Of a DNA stretch of 64,000 nucleotides, positions 1 through 14,349 are shown in pieces (within the stretch, counting starts at the first letter, position 1; the number at the start of each line of letters is the position of its first letter). A program made the position numbers and the translations under genes. The stretch is from Octopus vulgaris (taxonomy: Eukaryota): contig OX597815.1 of NCBI GenBank assembly GCA_951406725.2, positions 11,842,001-11,906,000 of the forward strand, written 5' to 3'. A model generated the notes under the pieces. The model was not told the origin of the DNA, searched no databases, and saw only the letters and a list, made by a program, of their open reading frames with translations.

Positions 1-361
1 TGTAAATACTCTAGAAAGTACTAAACTGTTATTAGATTCGAACTTCCATATTAAGCATTGTGGCTATAAATAATTGCTTTTGCCTGTGAAAGAGCAAAGT
101 GAAATATTCCTCCTAGCAGTTGGAAAAAAGAATAATGTGCTATGCGATGGATCTGAAAAATATGTCAACATATACTTGTGCGTACTGTGTGTATGTAGGT
201 TAGTATTAGAAGTTGCATTGCTGCGAAAGAGTATAACAAGATGGAATATAGAACACGTAATCGTACGTTATATATATATTCACACATACATGCGCACACT
301 CACATATATCATGTATGCACATATACACACGCATATGTATATACACCCACATATATACCGT

Positions 362-400
362 CACATCTATCTACCCATCTGTTTATCTATCTATCTATCC

Positions 401-460
<60 letters not shown>

Positions 461-482
461 ATATATATATATATATATATAT
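362..482. repeat. (CTAT)n followed by (TA)n microsatellite
   Basis: Direct tandem repeats; they explain the YLSI/IY ORFs. Confidence 0.95.
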
Positions 483-885
483 AGGTGATAATTCTTAGTT
501 TTTATGAAATTGCAAGATCAAGTTAACTATATGCGCTTGTGTTGCTCGCGTTAGATATTTGCTACTTGCGTACACAATGTATGTGCTGAATAATCATTTG
601 TTTTCAAGCCTGAGGCTTTAAAAGCACAACCGAAATTTAACGATAGAATCCAGGGGGAAATCAAACATAAAGATTTTCTACTGGATTCGGTTTAGTAGTA
701 AAAATACAGTGATATATTATCTCGTGCGACATTTCAGCGAAGCTACTGTCAAATGTCAGTTCACAATACCGATATCCTATATTCGGTTAAATGGAAAAAT
801 GAAGATGTTATCCTCATTCGCCCATGTATGGATGTGCATATATGTATGTATGTATGTAAGTATGCGTGTATGTATGTATATATAT

Positions 886-1609
<724 letters not shown>

Positions 1610-1747
1610 TACACACACATATATACATACACACACACAAACATATATACGCATAAATACATATGTGTGTTTGTGTATGTTTCTACGTACATGCCGCAAG
1701 ATGTTAGATATGTATATATATATATATATATGTGTGTGTGCATGTAT

Positions 1748-2715
1748 ACTAACTGGGACTCGTGTCGTCAAAAATGGCGGCTAATTGTAGTATTTTATAT
1801 ATAAATAAGGTACAAAACGAAGACTTTGCTTTAATAATTCTTTTATTACTAAATGATGCAACAAGCATCATTTGACTGCTTGTTTCCTTCAAAAGAATTT
1901 TCCCGTTTTCCTTCCTTCTTACTGGCAAATAAATACCCAATACACAGAACGCTGTTTGATTTTCTTTTTACCTTTGAATGTTCACCATCCCACTTCTATT
2001 GCACACACACACATACACACACACACACACACATAAACATTCACATGCTTCCCTTTTATACACACACATAAACTCACACAGAGTTGAAATGCTGTTTGAT
2101 TTATCTTTTTCACAGTAGAGTTTCCATCATCCCACTTCGACGTTTGCCGTCACTCCTTCCATCTTTATTCATCTGTCACTCCTTACTATCGCATTCATAT
2201 GTTTTGACGGAGAAAGATACAAGAGTGTTATTATAGTAGAAAAGGTACAAGACCAAATTTTTAGTTTAAGAATTATTTTACTACCAATCCTTTGACTGCT
2301 TGTTTCTTTCAAAAGAATTTTAAAGTGTTCCTTCCGTCTTGTCCGATTGAGGCCATATAAAGCTGGTCGTGACTAACTACAAGAGCTGGCAAGTAAATAC
2401 ACAGAGTTGAAACGCTGTTTGATTTTTCTTTTCAGTATTGAATGTTAATCATTCCACTTCCAATGCACGCACATACACACATACAAACACATAACCCCCC
2501 CCCACACACACACACCCACAGTCATAATCACATAACCCTCTTTTACATACACACAAGTATATTCACACAGAGTTGAAACGCTGTCTGATTTATTTTATCT
2601 GCGTACAATTTTCATCACCTCACTACCGATTATGACACCAGCGCTTCCTTCCGTATTTATCTATCACCCCTCCTTTTCTCATTCATAAAGACAAGAGTAT
2701 TATTATAGTAGATTA
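1748..2715 (-). mobile_element. Putative non-autonomous Helitron-like repeat with internal diverged tandem units
   Basis: TTTGACTGCTTGTTTCYTTCAAAAGAATTTT, CACAGAGTTGAAACGCTGT and ACAAGAGTRTTATTATAGTAGA recur at ~420-480 bp spacing. The left end resembles a decayed reverse-complement hairpin+CTAG terminus. Confidence 0.45.
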
Positions 2716-2799
2716 TCTCGGTAACCATGGGAGCTATGGAATAATCCAAAGCCCAGCAACACCACCGGATTATTCTACACATCTGTGAAATATTTCGCG

Positions 2800-3142
2800 C
2801 AATTCCATCCAGTTTAACTGTGAGGCACCCATTTCTCAAGAATTTTGGTTTTCCAATCTCTTTCACGTGGTTGGACATTGTCGTATACGTTAGGTCTAAT
2901 TTAGAAGCAATCTCTCGAACAATTGTGCGTGGACTGGCGTCCACTAAGGCTCCTAGTTGATCGTTTTCAACATCCGATGTCCGACCACTACGCTTATCTT
3001 CTTCAAGTCTCTCGTCCCCTATGAAATTTCTTGAACCACTATAAACATGCTTTAAAAGGATATATAAAGTCAAAGTAATTTAACGAAAATTAATTTGAAA
3101 ATACATAATTTAAAACCAGAATAAAAAATTCCGCAACCTAAT
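2800..3142 (-). mobile_element. mariner (Hsmar1/SETMAR-like) 5' fragment: TIR plus HTH region of the transposase
   Basis: Translation LEEDKRSGRTSDVENDQLGALVDASPRTIVREIASKL...NHVKEIGK matches the mariner N-terminus. The minus-strand end reads TATTAGGTTG, a typical mariner TIR start. Confidence 0.85.
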
Positions 3143-3151
3143 ATATATACA

Positions 3152-4305
3152 CAGATATGCAGACACCGTTAATTTTCAAAATTTCTGATCTAAGCATCTT
3201 GATATGTTTTCAGCTCCGTAGAATTTACAATGTAATTATCCTTTTTCATTCCAGGTGTCATCATATTAAACATTTGCGAAGAGTTATCATGCAACGCACA
3301 AAAATAATCAGCAGAAGTGTGAGATTTTCAAAGAGGTCATATTTCTGGGCAATCTGAGGTTGGTCTTAGCCAGCGAAAAATTGCCAAAAATCTCCGAATT
3401 CCTCTTGCTGCTGCTAATAGAATTATAGTGCAATTCAAAAATCAAGGAAACGAATAAATAGATTCTCGTCACGGCCGATCTGGGCCCTCGGAAAGGAAGC
3501 TTCACTGTTTGAAGAGAATTGTGGAAAACGAACCCCGTTCGAAGGCTTCTCACATTGCAAAACAGCTAGAAGTTAGTCAAGAACGTGTGTTACATATCTG
3601 CATAAGCTAGGGTATTATGAACGCGCAGCTAGAAGAAAACCGAAAACCCCTCCTTCAACCAATTAATATCATGAAAAGAAAGAAATGGGCTAAGGAGATG
3701 TCAAAAAAATCATGTTCATTTTCTGATAGAGTGATTTTCACAGATGAATCCAAATTTACATTATTTTTAAACAGATGACGTGTTTGGGTCTGGAGGCTTC
3801 CCAATTAAGAATATGAGTTGAAACGACTTCAACCAACTGTGAAGCATGTTGGTAATTCTGTAATGGTGTGGGGAATTGTCACTAGCAATGGTCTTTCTGA
3901 CCTGATCGAATGTACTAGAACCATAAACTCTGAAAAATGCATCGAAATGATAAAACAAGGACTACTTCCGATGTTGTCACATGATAACATAACGAAAAAT
4001 TATTGTTTATTCATGGAAGATGGGGCTCCATGACACACAACGAAAAGGAATCAACAATGGCTGATTGAAAATGGGATCAAAAGGCTTCCTCGGCCGAACC
4101 AATCTCCTGACATGAGCCCAATTGAAAATCTTTGGAGTATACAAGATGGAGTTATACCAAAAACTCGAAAGAAAACTAAATCTAAAGTTGAATTGTTTCG
4201 ATTGTTGCGTGAAAAGTGGGCAAAAATCCCACAACTGACAATGACCAGTCCAATGCCAAGAAGAGTTTCTGAGTTCAAAGTGTCTGTTTACTTCCTGCAT
4301 GTCTG
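3152..4305 (+). mobile_element. Tc1-family DNA transposon with pseudogenised DD34E transposase
   Basis: Motifs across frames: RKP, IFTDESKF, LQPTVKHVGNSVMVWG, FMEDGAP*H, PNQSPDMSPIENLWS. The ends share CAGAYATGCAG as partial TIRs next to TA runs. Confidence 0.92.
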
Positions 4306-4347
4306 TATATATATATATATATATATATAAACATTCATATACATACA

Positions 4348-4382
<35 letters not shown>

Positions 4383-4383
<1 letters not shown>

Positions 4384-5380
4384 TATATAAAACTGAGAAT
4401 GTGTCTGTCCGTGTATCTCCCTAAAACTTGAGAACTACTCTACCAATTTCATTCAAATTTTACACATGCCTTACTTAGGGTCCATGTAGTTTCATGGGAA
4501 AAATGAATGTTCAAATTCTTGTCTAGAGCGAGCCCATAGCAATATCATATATTCTCCACTATTTCAGTATTACGTGTTAAAAGTGAAACAAAGACATTTC
4601 TCTATTTTATGTCAGATGCTTTCACTTTAACAATAAAAATAATAATAACAATTGAATTATATGTAAAAAGTAATAATTAAAATCAAACTAAAGTATAATA
4701 TAATCGTAACAACAAAAGTAAAAATAGCAATTGGTATAAAATTGCATCAATGATTTGAACTTGAATAAGTGGTTTCACATGAATGAGAGTAAATTGAAAA
4801 TAAAATTAGTGTGCAGGAATGGAATAGTCCAGATGGATAATAAAAAATTAAATTAAAGAAAAGACTGTTGTCTATAAAGTATACAATGTAGAGAAAAAAG
4901 AAGATTTGAACACCTGGAGGAAAGCACCTTCGAAAAGTGCCTTGGTGCGACTATGAAATATATCTAACCAGAAGCGGTAAATTCACCACAATAGAAGCAA
5001 GGTTCGAGTCAACGGAGCGTGCAAGGGAGTACTCGACTCGAACTTGCAAAGAGGAAATATTTTAGTTTTACCTTTATATCTGGGACGTAGGACGTCCCGG
5101 ATAAAAATTAAAAGTGCCCCCGCCCCGAAGTAGAGGTAGGCTGCATTATAGAGGGAGCACAGGATACAATTGATCGAAATTACAAGTGATGGCTTAACAA
5201 TTCCAGTCTGTTATATATTTTGAGTATTGTTATCACTAGCGATATCAAGATATAACTTTGTATTTTGTATTTTATGTGTAGATGTATATATATAGATGTA
5301 CATGTAATATGTACACATATATATACACATATATACATGCACTAGCACTATGACCCGGCAACGACGGGTCATGATGCTAG
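4383..5380 (+). mobile_element. Non-autonomous Helitron-like element
   Basis: 5' TATATATAAAACTGAGAATGTGTCTGTC resembles the 5' end of the 48624-49020 element. The 3' hairpin ACCCGGCAACGACGGGT is followed by CTAG|T at 5377-5381. Confidence 0.7.
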
Positions 5381-5409
5381 TATATATATATATATAGTTA
5401 ACTCACGTG

Positions 5410-5612
5410 TAGGAATGAGTTGCGACATCACTGGTGCCAAGCTATATCGGCCTTTGCCTTTCCCTTCTTTAACATCAGTGGTGTGGAGAGAAGCCGCTGG
5501 TATGCATGGCCAACTACTGGGCTTCCATAAACAACCTTGCTCGGACTTTTGCCTCGGAAGGTAACTTTCTAGGTGCAATCCCATGGTCATTCATAACAGA
5601 AGGGGTTCTCCT
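5410..5612 (+). mobile_element. Probable SINE 3' fragment
   Basis: GC-richer island between microsatellites that resembles octopus SINE tails (from recall only). No head is present. Confidence 0.4.
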
Positions 5613-5637
5613 CCAACTTCTCCTCCTCCACCTATAC

Positions 5638-5668
<31 letters not shown>

Positions 5669-5821
5669 TGTATGTATGTATGTATGTATGTATGTATATA
5701 TATATATGTATGTATATATATATATGTATGTATATATATATATATATACCAGGTGGTGCTATTAAGTTAGACATGGCCTGGGCCAATAATGGCCGAAACC
5801 TATAAAGTATCATAGATCAAA

Positions 5822-5900
<79 letters not shown>

Positions 5901-6437
5901 GGCACAATCATATACAGACTTCGTTAATCATAATTAAGCGACATTATGAATATCTGGTGGATCCCACGGAGGAATTTTGAATAGAAGTAGAAATGCTTAT
6001 AAGTATACCAAAATAAAATATTATTTGCATTCAATAAACATTTTTCTTTTCCTAATCTTTCCACTGCCATCTTCTCATTTTCATTGTGAATCTGGCATCC
6101 GTTAATTTCTCCTAGGATTCTATAGAAATATGAAAAAAAAAAAAAAAAATATGTTCGTATTTTGCATCATGAAGTTACGTTTAGGTGCGGGGGGAAAAGC
6201 CGTTTAATATAAGGATGTGATACCTATTAGTGAGCGACATAAATTTGTGCTCCACTTATCTTTACTGTGAACGAAAACATAGCCTAACCGCGTTTCACGC
6301 AATAAGATTGAAGGGACTACTTTAGCCTCTAATGCTGAGTTATGAGCACTATATTATAGGGTAGAGTATCAAAGTAGTCCCTTTGAGCCAATTTGTTTAT
6401 CTATCCCTTTACTCAATACAGTCATTCACCCCTACTG

Positions 6438-6441
6438 TCTC

Positions 6442-6498
<57 letters not shown>

Positions 6499-6624
6499 CT
6501 GTCTAATCTATATATTTGACAAATGTACACGATTTTGATTCTAAGAAATTAAGCTATCAAGCTATCTTTTTTCTCTCTGAATACATACCCGCACGTTTCC
6601 CTGTATGCGTGCATGTATCCATGC

Positions 6625-6722
<98 letters not shown>

Positions 6723-6878
6723 GTACATATACATACATTTATATATATATTTATATATATATATATATATACATGTATGAATATGTGTATATATATATTT
6801 ATATATATATATACATATATATACACATATGCACATGTATATATATATACACGCAGATATATATATATATATACATAG

Positions 6879-6927
<49 letters not shown>

Positions 6928-6935
6928 CATACATA
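6438..6935. repeat. (CT)n, (CTAT)n and long degenerate (TA)n microsatellites
   Basis: Direct tandem repeats. Confidence 0.95.
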
Positions 6936-8905
6936 ATACATAAATAGATAGGCTGATCGATAGATAAATATATGAATATGTATGTGTGTATGTGAGTATT
7001 TCAGTGTCTGTGTTCGTGTGTGTATACACCTAAACATCTAATTTCTATAGTGCTATCTCGCCGTATCTGTCAACAGTTGGCATTGATATAAGAGCTAAGT
7101 CGGAGGAGTTGAATGGCTTTCGTGTCAGTTGGAATACAATAAAATATCTAATGTTTCATCTTCTACTGTTTAGATTTACCCCCACATTTCTTTTGATCCA
7201 TAATTGATGATACAGGTAATAATATCATAATGGAGTTGAACAAATCGATTATAATGCGGACATTGAAACTTATGAAACCTTTTTGTTATTCAATGTAAAG
7301 ATACGTTCGTATACACACAAGTGTTTTTGTGTAACTGACTGCATATATGATTGTGTAATGTGTGTTGATTTATAAATAATTCCTGGTGCTTCCGGTAACC
7401 TTCGTGCTATATTTTTTAATGTCAGATTCCACTTTGTTTGTCCATCTACTTCGCCGGATTATGCACCAACATATCATATTAATATATAAAATGACTGAGA
7501 ATTAAACTGATTGAAAAGCGATGTTACACATTTTATTTCCAAACGTGTACAGGGTCACGTTGACCATTTTATTATGAATCTGTCATAATTTGTTCTCGTA
7601 GTGCTAAAAAAAATAATCTACTGGACTTGTGCATCAGACAGTTACGTTCAGCTGTGAATAAAAAGCCGCTTGGTATACGCATGAAATAAAAACGAATGAG
7701 TGTCACAAATAGTTGTTCCACTGATTTTTACAATTTTCATTTTCGTACAAAATTCTGAAAGATGAGTTAAAGAGGTTGAATTTTGAAAATGACACCCTGA
7801 GCTTTTTGCGAATCAAGAAGAATTGGCATGTGTCAAAAGACAGACAGCTGTGATAGCTTCTCAATGAGAAGCTTAACTTTGATATGGTCACCAGAAAATA
7901 AATACGATGTCGAATACATGACTGGTCATATGACAACGTCAAGCGTAATATGGTTTATCAGTGTTGTTTCTTTATTCCGTTTTATTTTTGATTGATGTTT
8001 TAGAGTTAAGAGTGGTAATTGTGGCGAACAAAAATGACCTGGAGATTGCTACTTATTTATATGGTTGGTACTTCCAAATTGCAAACATGTTGATTTACTT
8101 TCACGTTGCTAATCATATAGTCATGCAAATATACGCATACACTCTGCAATATTTAAATATTCAGTTGACACATAGAAAGTCGTATTTTCATATACACAGA
8201 ACCAGAAACAAGCATACAATTACAATTAAACACATGCTTATTATATTAAGCATGTTATCGCAATTTTGATATGGTGTTATATGAAGCCGGGTGGCTATTT
8301 ACAGGAGTGCATCAGTGAAAATATTGATATATTTATTGGTACGAGTTATAAAACGTTCTTACTTGGGAATCCATATTTATATCTTGCTATCACTGTATTT
8401 AAACACAAAGGTGGCAACATACATGCACTTCATATTACGGCATGGAAGTAAGAACGGGTTCTAATGCAATCGAAGCATGCATCTAGTGATATCCATCCAT
8501 TTTTTATTGCTAATCCCGAAATATATACTATCTTTCATTTTCCTGGCTGTATGATTTTTGCTAGATATGCTGAAGTAAAAACAACAGAAGTAAAACGAAT
8601 GTTTGCAACGGTTATTATGATTCATTTAACTGTTGGTATGTGGTGATAATTATATTCATAATAATACTCTGTGGTTTCCAGAAATATTTTCGGCTCAGTA
8701 CAATTTATATTTGATGAGAGAGAGAGAGAAGAGAGAAAGGGAATGTGAGTGTGTGTGTGTGAGAGAGAGAGAGAGAAACAGAGAGAGGGAGTTGGAAAGA
8801 GAAAAGTCGTGTTCTCAGGTGTCAGTTCTGCGAAGTATATGACTGCAAATGCCCCTGCATATTGCAGAACACTTACATGATTTATTATTTAGGAAAAAAA
8901 GAAAG

Positions 8906-9112
8906 CGGTGAGCTGGTGGAATCATTAAAGCGCACCGGGCAAAATGACTGTCGTCATTTTGTTCATATTTACGTTCCGGGCTCAAATTCCGCCGAGGTCG
9001 ACCTAACCATTCGTCCATTCGCGATCGATAAGATAACCACCAGTTGAGCATTGGGGTCGATGTAATCAACTTACTGTTTCCATGGCATTGTGCCAAAATT
9101 TGAAACCAATAT
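8906..9112 (+). mobile_element. SINE family B, diverged copy
   Basis: GCGGTGAGCTGG...CAAATTCCGCCGAGGTCGAC...TGGGGTCGATGTAATC is shared with the copies at 10885, 14722 and 61552. Confidence 0.8.
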
Positions 9113-10004
9113 TTAGGGAACAAGCAGAAGATTAATAGGAGTAGGAGGGTGAAATGAAAGTAAGTTTAAAGGAGGACGGGTATCAGAAAATACTCATTCC
9201 CACCAAAAAGAATGCTAACGAGAAACATCATAATAGCGGTGCAGAAATATCAACAATTTTGTTAACGAGAAACATCGTAATATCGGTGCAGATATAAGGA
9301 AAATGTGTACTAAACACCCGGTCGGCTGTGATCAACTAGTCTTCTAATCAAATAGTTTCTAACCGTAATATTTTTGCTTTAAATCCACTAATACATCATC
9401 TAACGAATCCATTCTATATTTTGTTATTGTAATTTCTTGAGACACTTGTATGTGATTCGAAGGAAATGTTGAATAACGTAATCCTACGTACAGAAAAAGA
9501 AAAAAACTTTTGAAAGGAAATAATGTGTGATTTCGGCGTATGAAACCAGAAATTATACATGTCTTTCGAACATGGGTATATGGAAAAGTAGGAGTTAAAA
9601 TTATTTGAAAGAACAATGAATAAAATAACCTGCAGCAGAAGCAAAGCTTTAATTTTGTTTTAATGATATAGATGCTTTTTTAAGAAGTTTATATGTTGAC
9701 TTATTAAACTACAAATCGATCTTATTTCTCACTCTATTATTTCATCTCTAAATTGCAGTTTTGAGATAAAGAGACACAATTCGGCACGGATATTCACAGA
9801 CTTAGAATCACACTCACAGATACAACACACGCGCTCATACATATACATAGATATATACGTACAAGTAGAAATACATACACACACATGTATTTGCATTTAC
9901 ATACAAATTTATGCTAACATTCGTCATAGAACGCGCCGAAAAACACATATCTATACATGAACACACGCATATGTATATGCATGTACAAAATTAAATACAT
10001 TTAC

Positions 10005-10243
<239 letters not shown>

Positions 10244-10884
10244 GCACACAACTCACGTATACACACAGACATACACACACATATGTGTATATGTATGTAT
10301 TCTTGCTAATGGTACTACTTGATGGAAGTTGTTATGCAAACTATTATTCTGTGTTATTACAATCAATCATTATGTAATACAAAAGTTATTACTGCTCGAA
10401 ATTGTATAGTGGAATTGTCCGCCATTTCAATGCATACAATTATGATAAAAACACATCTTCACTTGATTTTTGTTTTAGGATATATGAGTATTGTTCAGGT
10501 TAACTGCTATACCAATGCCGCAAATAAGAAAGCCATACATCGGTTTATTCGAGCTTTTATAACAAAGCTACTTCCTTGTGTAATATTTCAAATATTACGT
10601 TTAATGAACATTATACGAGTGATTTCCACTTAGAACATTCATTGAATTATCTCAGATAAATATGTTAAATGGAAAAGTGAAATTGATTTCCTATCTTTCG
10701 GCCAAAGACAATCAAATTCACTTTACATTTTAACGCATTTACAATAACACTTACAATAAGGCACACACTCTCTCTCTCTCTCACACACACACACCCACGC
10801 ATTCACACACATACATGTTTTCGTATGTGTGTGTGTGTGTGAGTGTGTAGACATGTGCTTGCGAGTGTGGTTGTGTACTCGTAA

Positions 10885-11299
10885 GGCGGCGAGCTGGCAG
10901 AAACGTTAGCACGCCGGGCGAAATGCTTAGCGGTATTTCGTCTGCGTTACGTTGTGAGTTCAAATTCCGCCGAGGTCGACTTTGCCTTTTATCCTTTCGG
11001 GGTCGATAAATTAAGTACCAGTTACGCACTGGGGTCGATGTAATCGACTTAATACCTATGTCTGTCCTTGTTTGTCCCCTCTGTGTTTAGCCCCTTGTGG
11101 GTAGTAAAGAAATAGGTATTTCGTCTGCCGTTACATTCTGAGTTCAAATTCCACCGAGGTCGACATTGCCTTTCATCCTTTCGGGGACGATTAAATAAGT
11201 ACCAGTTATGCACTGGAGTTGATATAATCGACTTAATCCCTATGTCTGTCCTTGTTTGTCCCCTCTGTGTTTAGCCCCTTGTGGGTAATAAAGAAATAA
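10885..11299 (+). mobile_element. tRNA-derived SINE family B, partial tandem dimer
   Basis: A-box-like GAGCTGGCAGAAACG and B-box GAGTTCAAATTCC. A second unit from ~11115 lacks the head. Confidence 0.9.
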
Positions 11300-11519
11300 G
11301 TTGTGTCTATGAATATATATGTGTGTGTGTGTGTGTATATATATATATGTGTGTGTATATATGTGTGTGTGCGCATGCGTTGTAGAAACACACACACAGA
11401 CGAATGATGTCTCAGTAAGTTTCTATGATTGTTTTCCTCCATGCGTTGTAGAAACACACACACAGTAAGTTTCTATAATCGTTTTCCCCCATTCGACAAT
11501 TTAGAACTGGCAGCACTAA

Positions 11520-11665
11520 CACTACTACTACTACTACTGCTGCTGCCGCTGCTGCTGCTGCTGTTACTACTACTACTACTACTACAACTACTACTACTAC
11601 TACTACTACTACTACTGCTACTGCTGCTGCTACTACTACCACCACTAGTACTACTACTGCTGCTG

Positions 11666-11702
<37 letters not shown>

Positions 11703-11945
11703 AACTACTACTACTACTGCTACTGCTGCTGCTACTACTACCACTACCAGTACTACAACTGCTGCTACTACCACTACTACTACCACTACTACTACTATTA
11801 CCACCAGTACTACTACTACTACCACCACTACTACTACTACTATCAGTACTACTAATGCTGCTACTACTACTACTACTACTACAACTACTGCTCCTGCTGC
11901 TACTATTGCTACTGCCGCCACTACCGCAGCTGCTGCTGCTGCTCT
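11520..11945. repeat. Compound (CTA)/(CTG)/(CCA) trinucleotide array
   Basis: Direct tandem repeats; they explain the poly-L/V/S ORFs. Confidence 0.95.
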
Positions 11946-12349
11946 TGTTTTCATTACAATTTGTTCTTCTGAGATTCGTCGCATGTAAGTTTGACCGTTG
12001 AGATTTTATCCATACAAATAGAGTGCAATTCGTCGTATTGTCATGCAAACGAATTCAAGAGTACTTTCATTCAGTTTTACTCTCTGAAACGTATGCAGTT
12101 CAAGTTATCCTTTGTTAACTTCATAGTAATAGCATCTTCTGTAGTAAGCTACAATAATATATCGAAACTACAGGTAATTAAAGGTAAATATCTTTGATTA
12201 CCACTGCATTACTGTAAAAAAGAATGATATTTTTCTATCAAATTTGAAGATTTTTATCATTCTGCAGGAGGAATATATTTGGTTGACGTTCACAAGAAAT
12301 GTCTTGATTAATTAATGTGTATTAATGTACTTAATATGCCACTCCTGTG

Positions 12350-12446
<97 letters not shown>

Positions 12447-12655
12447 GGGGGTGTCAGTGTTTGTATACCCACCATTGCTTGACAACCGATGTTGCGGTAT
12501 TTAAGTTCCGATAACCTAGCTGTTTGGCAAAAGACGCTGATAGAATAAGTACTAGAGTTATAAAGAATTAATCCTGTATTCCATTTGTTCGATCGAAGGC
12601 GGTGCTCCAGCATGGCCGCTGCCACATGACTTTGACAAGTAAACCTATAAAAAAG
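12447..12655 (+). mobile_element. SINE family A, 3' half
   Basis: CTTGACAACCGATG...GATAGAATAAGTACT...AAGGCGGTGCTCCAGCATGGCCGC matches the full copies. Confidence 0.85.
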
Positions 12656-12705
12656 ACTATGCCATTTTAATCCCGAATAAGGGTGGGTATCTCTGCTAGT
12701 GTATA

Positions 12706-12748
12706 TTTATCTGAAGAGTCCTATTAAACGGACGAAAACGCGAATGAA
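12706..12748 (+). ncRNA. Degenerate minimal hammerhead-like motif
   Basis: CTGAAGA-GTCC-(loop)-GGAC-GAAA. Weak stem I (TTTAT/ATGAA); no clean NUH triplet. Confidence 0.55.
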
Positions 12749-12845
12749 GAATTATCCAAAACTCTGACTCTCTCCTTCTTAATATACATCTGTACATCCC
12801 TTCAAACACATTTTACATTCTTACATACACACACACCCATACACG

Positions 12846-13399
<554 letters not shown>

Positions 13400-14349
13400 C
13401 ATATATACATATATACATACATATATATATATATAAATATATATACATGCATGAATGTGTCTTGTATAAATGTAGATACTCATATATATATAGAGAAGAG
13501 AATTTTTTTTAAATAGGTCATTCTTCACTTTCCAACTTGTAGAAGACTAAACTGTTAACCGTGAAACATTATATACCTGATTAACTATTTGTAGGAAGCC
13601 ATCACATCAATCACGTCTTAGCAAATTTTGCTGACACGTAATTTTCAATTCTTCCGTTTATTTTAAGTTATTTATTAATTTAGCCTCTACCACAGATGTT
13701 TGCCAAAACTTTTATATTATAAAACTGTGCATGTAAAATTTCTTTTGATCTTTCCTTGATGAGTTTTTCCTTCGTTCGACACATCGCCCTCCATATTTTA
13801 TAAAATGCTTCTCTCGGTGTAATATTACAGATTGCCTTGCTCCCCAGACTAGTTAAATATATATATCTGTACACTATTTTGTGTAAATCTCTAGCTTAAT
13901 TTTGAGTAATTTGTAGTAAAGCAATTTTCTATCTAATAGCTGCCTCATTCATGGTGTTACCGATTATAATATTTAGTTTATGTATGTGTCTGTGTATTTG
14001 TGTGTGCACGTGTATTAGTGCGTGCATATAGCTTAGGAAATGGATGCTGTTTAATTCATAAACCATGAATACGAAAATGGGATTCAGATAATAGAAAAAT
14101 TTAGCAAAATAAATTTAGTGTGGAACACATATATTTTGGTAATGAACGTTAAATAATTTTAGTGTATGAATAACAGAATTCATAAATAATTAAGTGGTGA
14201 ATTCCAAAGCAAGATTTTTAGTCCTGAATTTCTTGAAAGCAATCATAATGTTAGACAAAGTTTCTCCATTTTGTTATTTTCTGCTAACTCTCAACCGACA
14301 CTGAACCATTTCAAGTAAGATCACGAAAGACAAGGCTGCGTCAGAGCCC

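Noticed and set aside
7000-8700. Unique-looking stretch as possible host exons
   Set aside because: Short ORFs with no recognisable protein motif or coherent splice structure; small exons cannot be excluded without RNA-seq.
9216-9295. Two ~46-bp direct repeats, CRISPR-like at first glance
   Set aside because: Only two units in a eukaryotic context with no cas genes; a simple local duplication.
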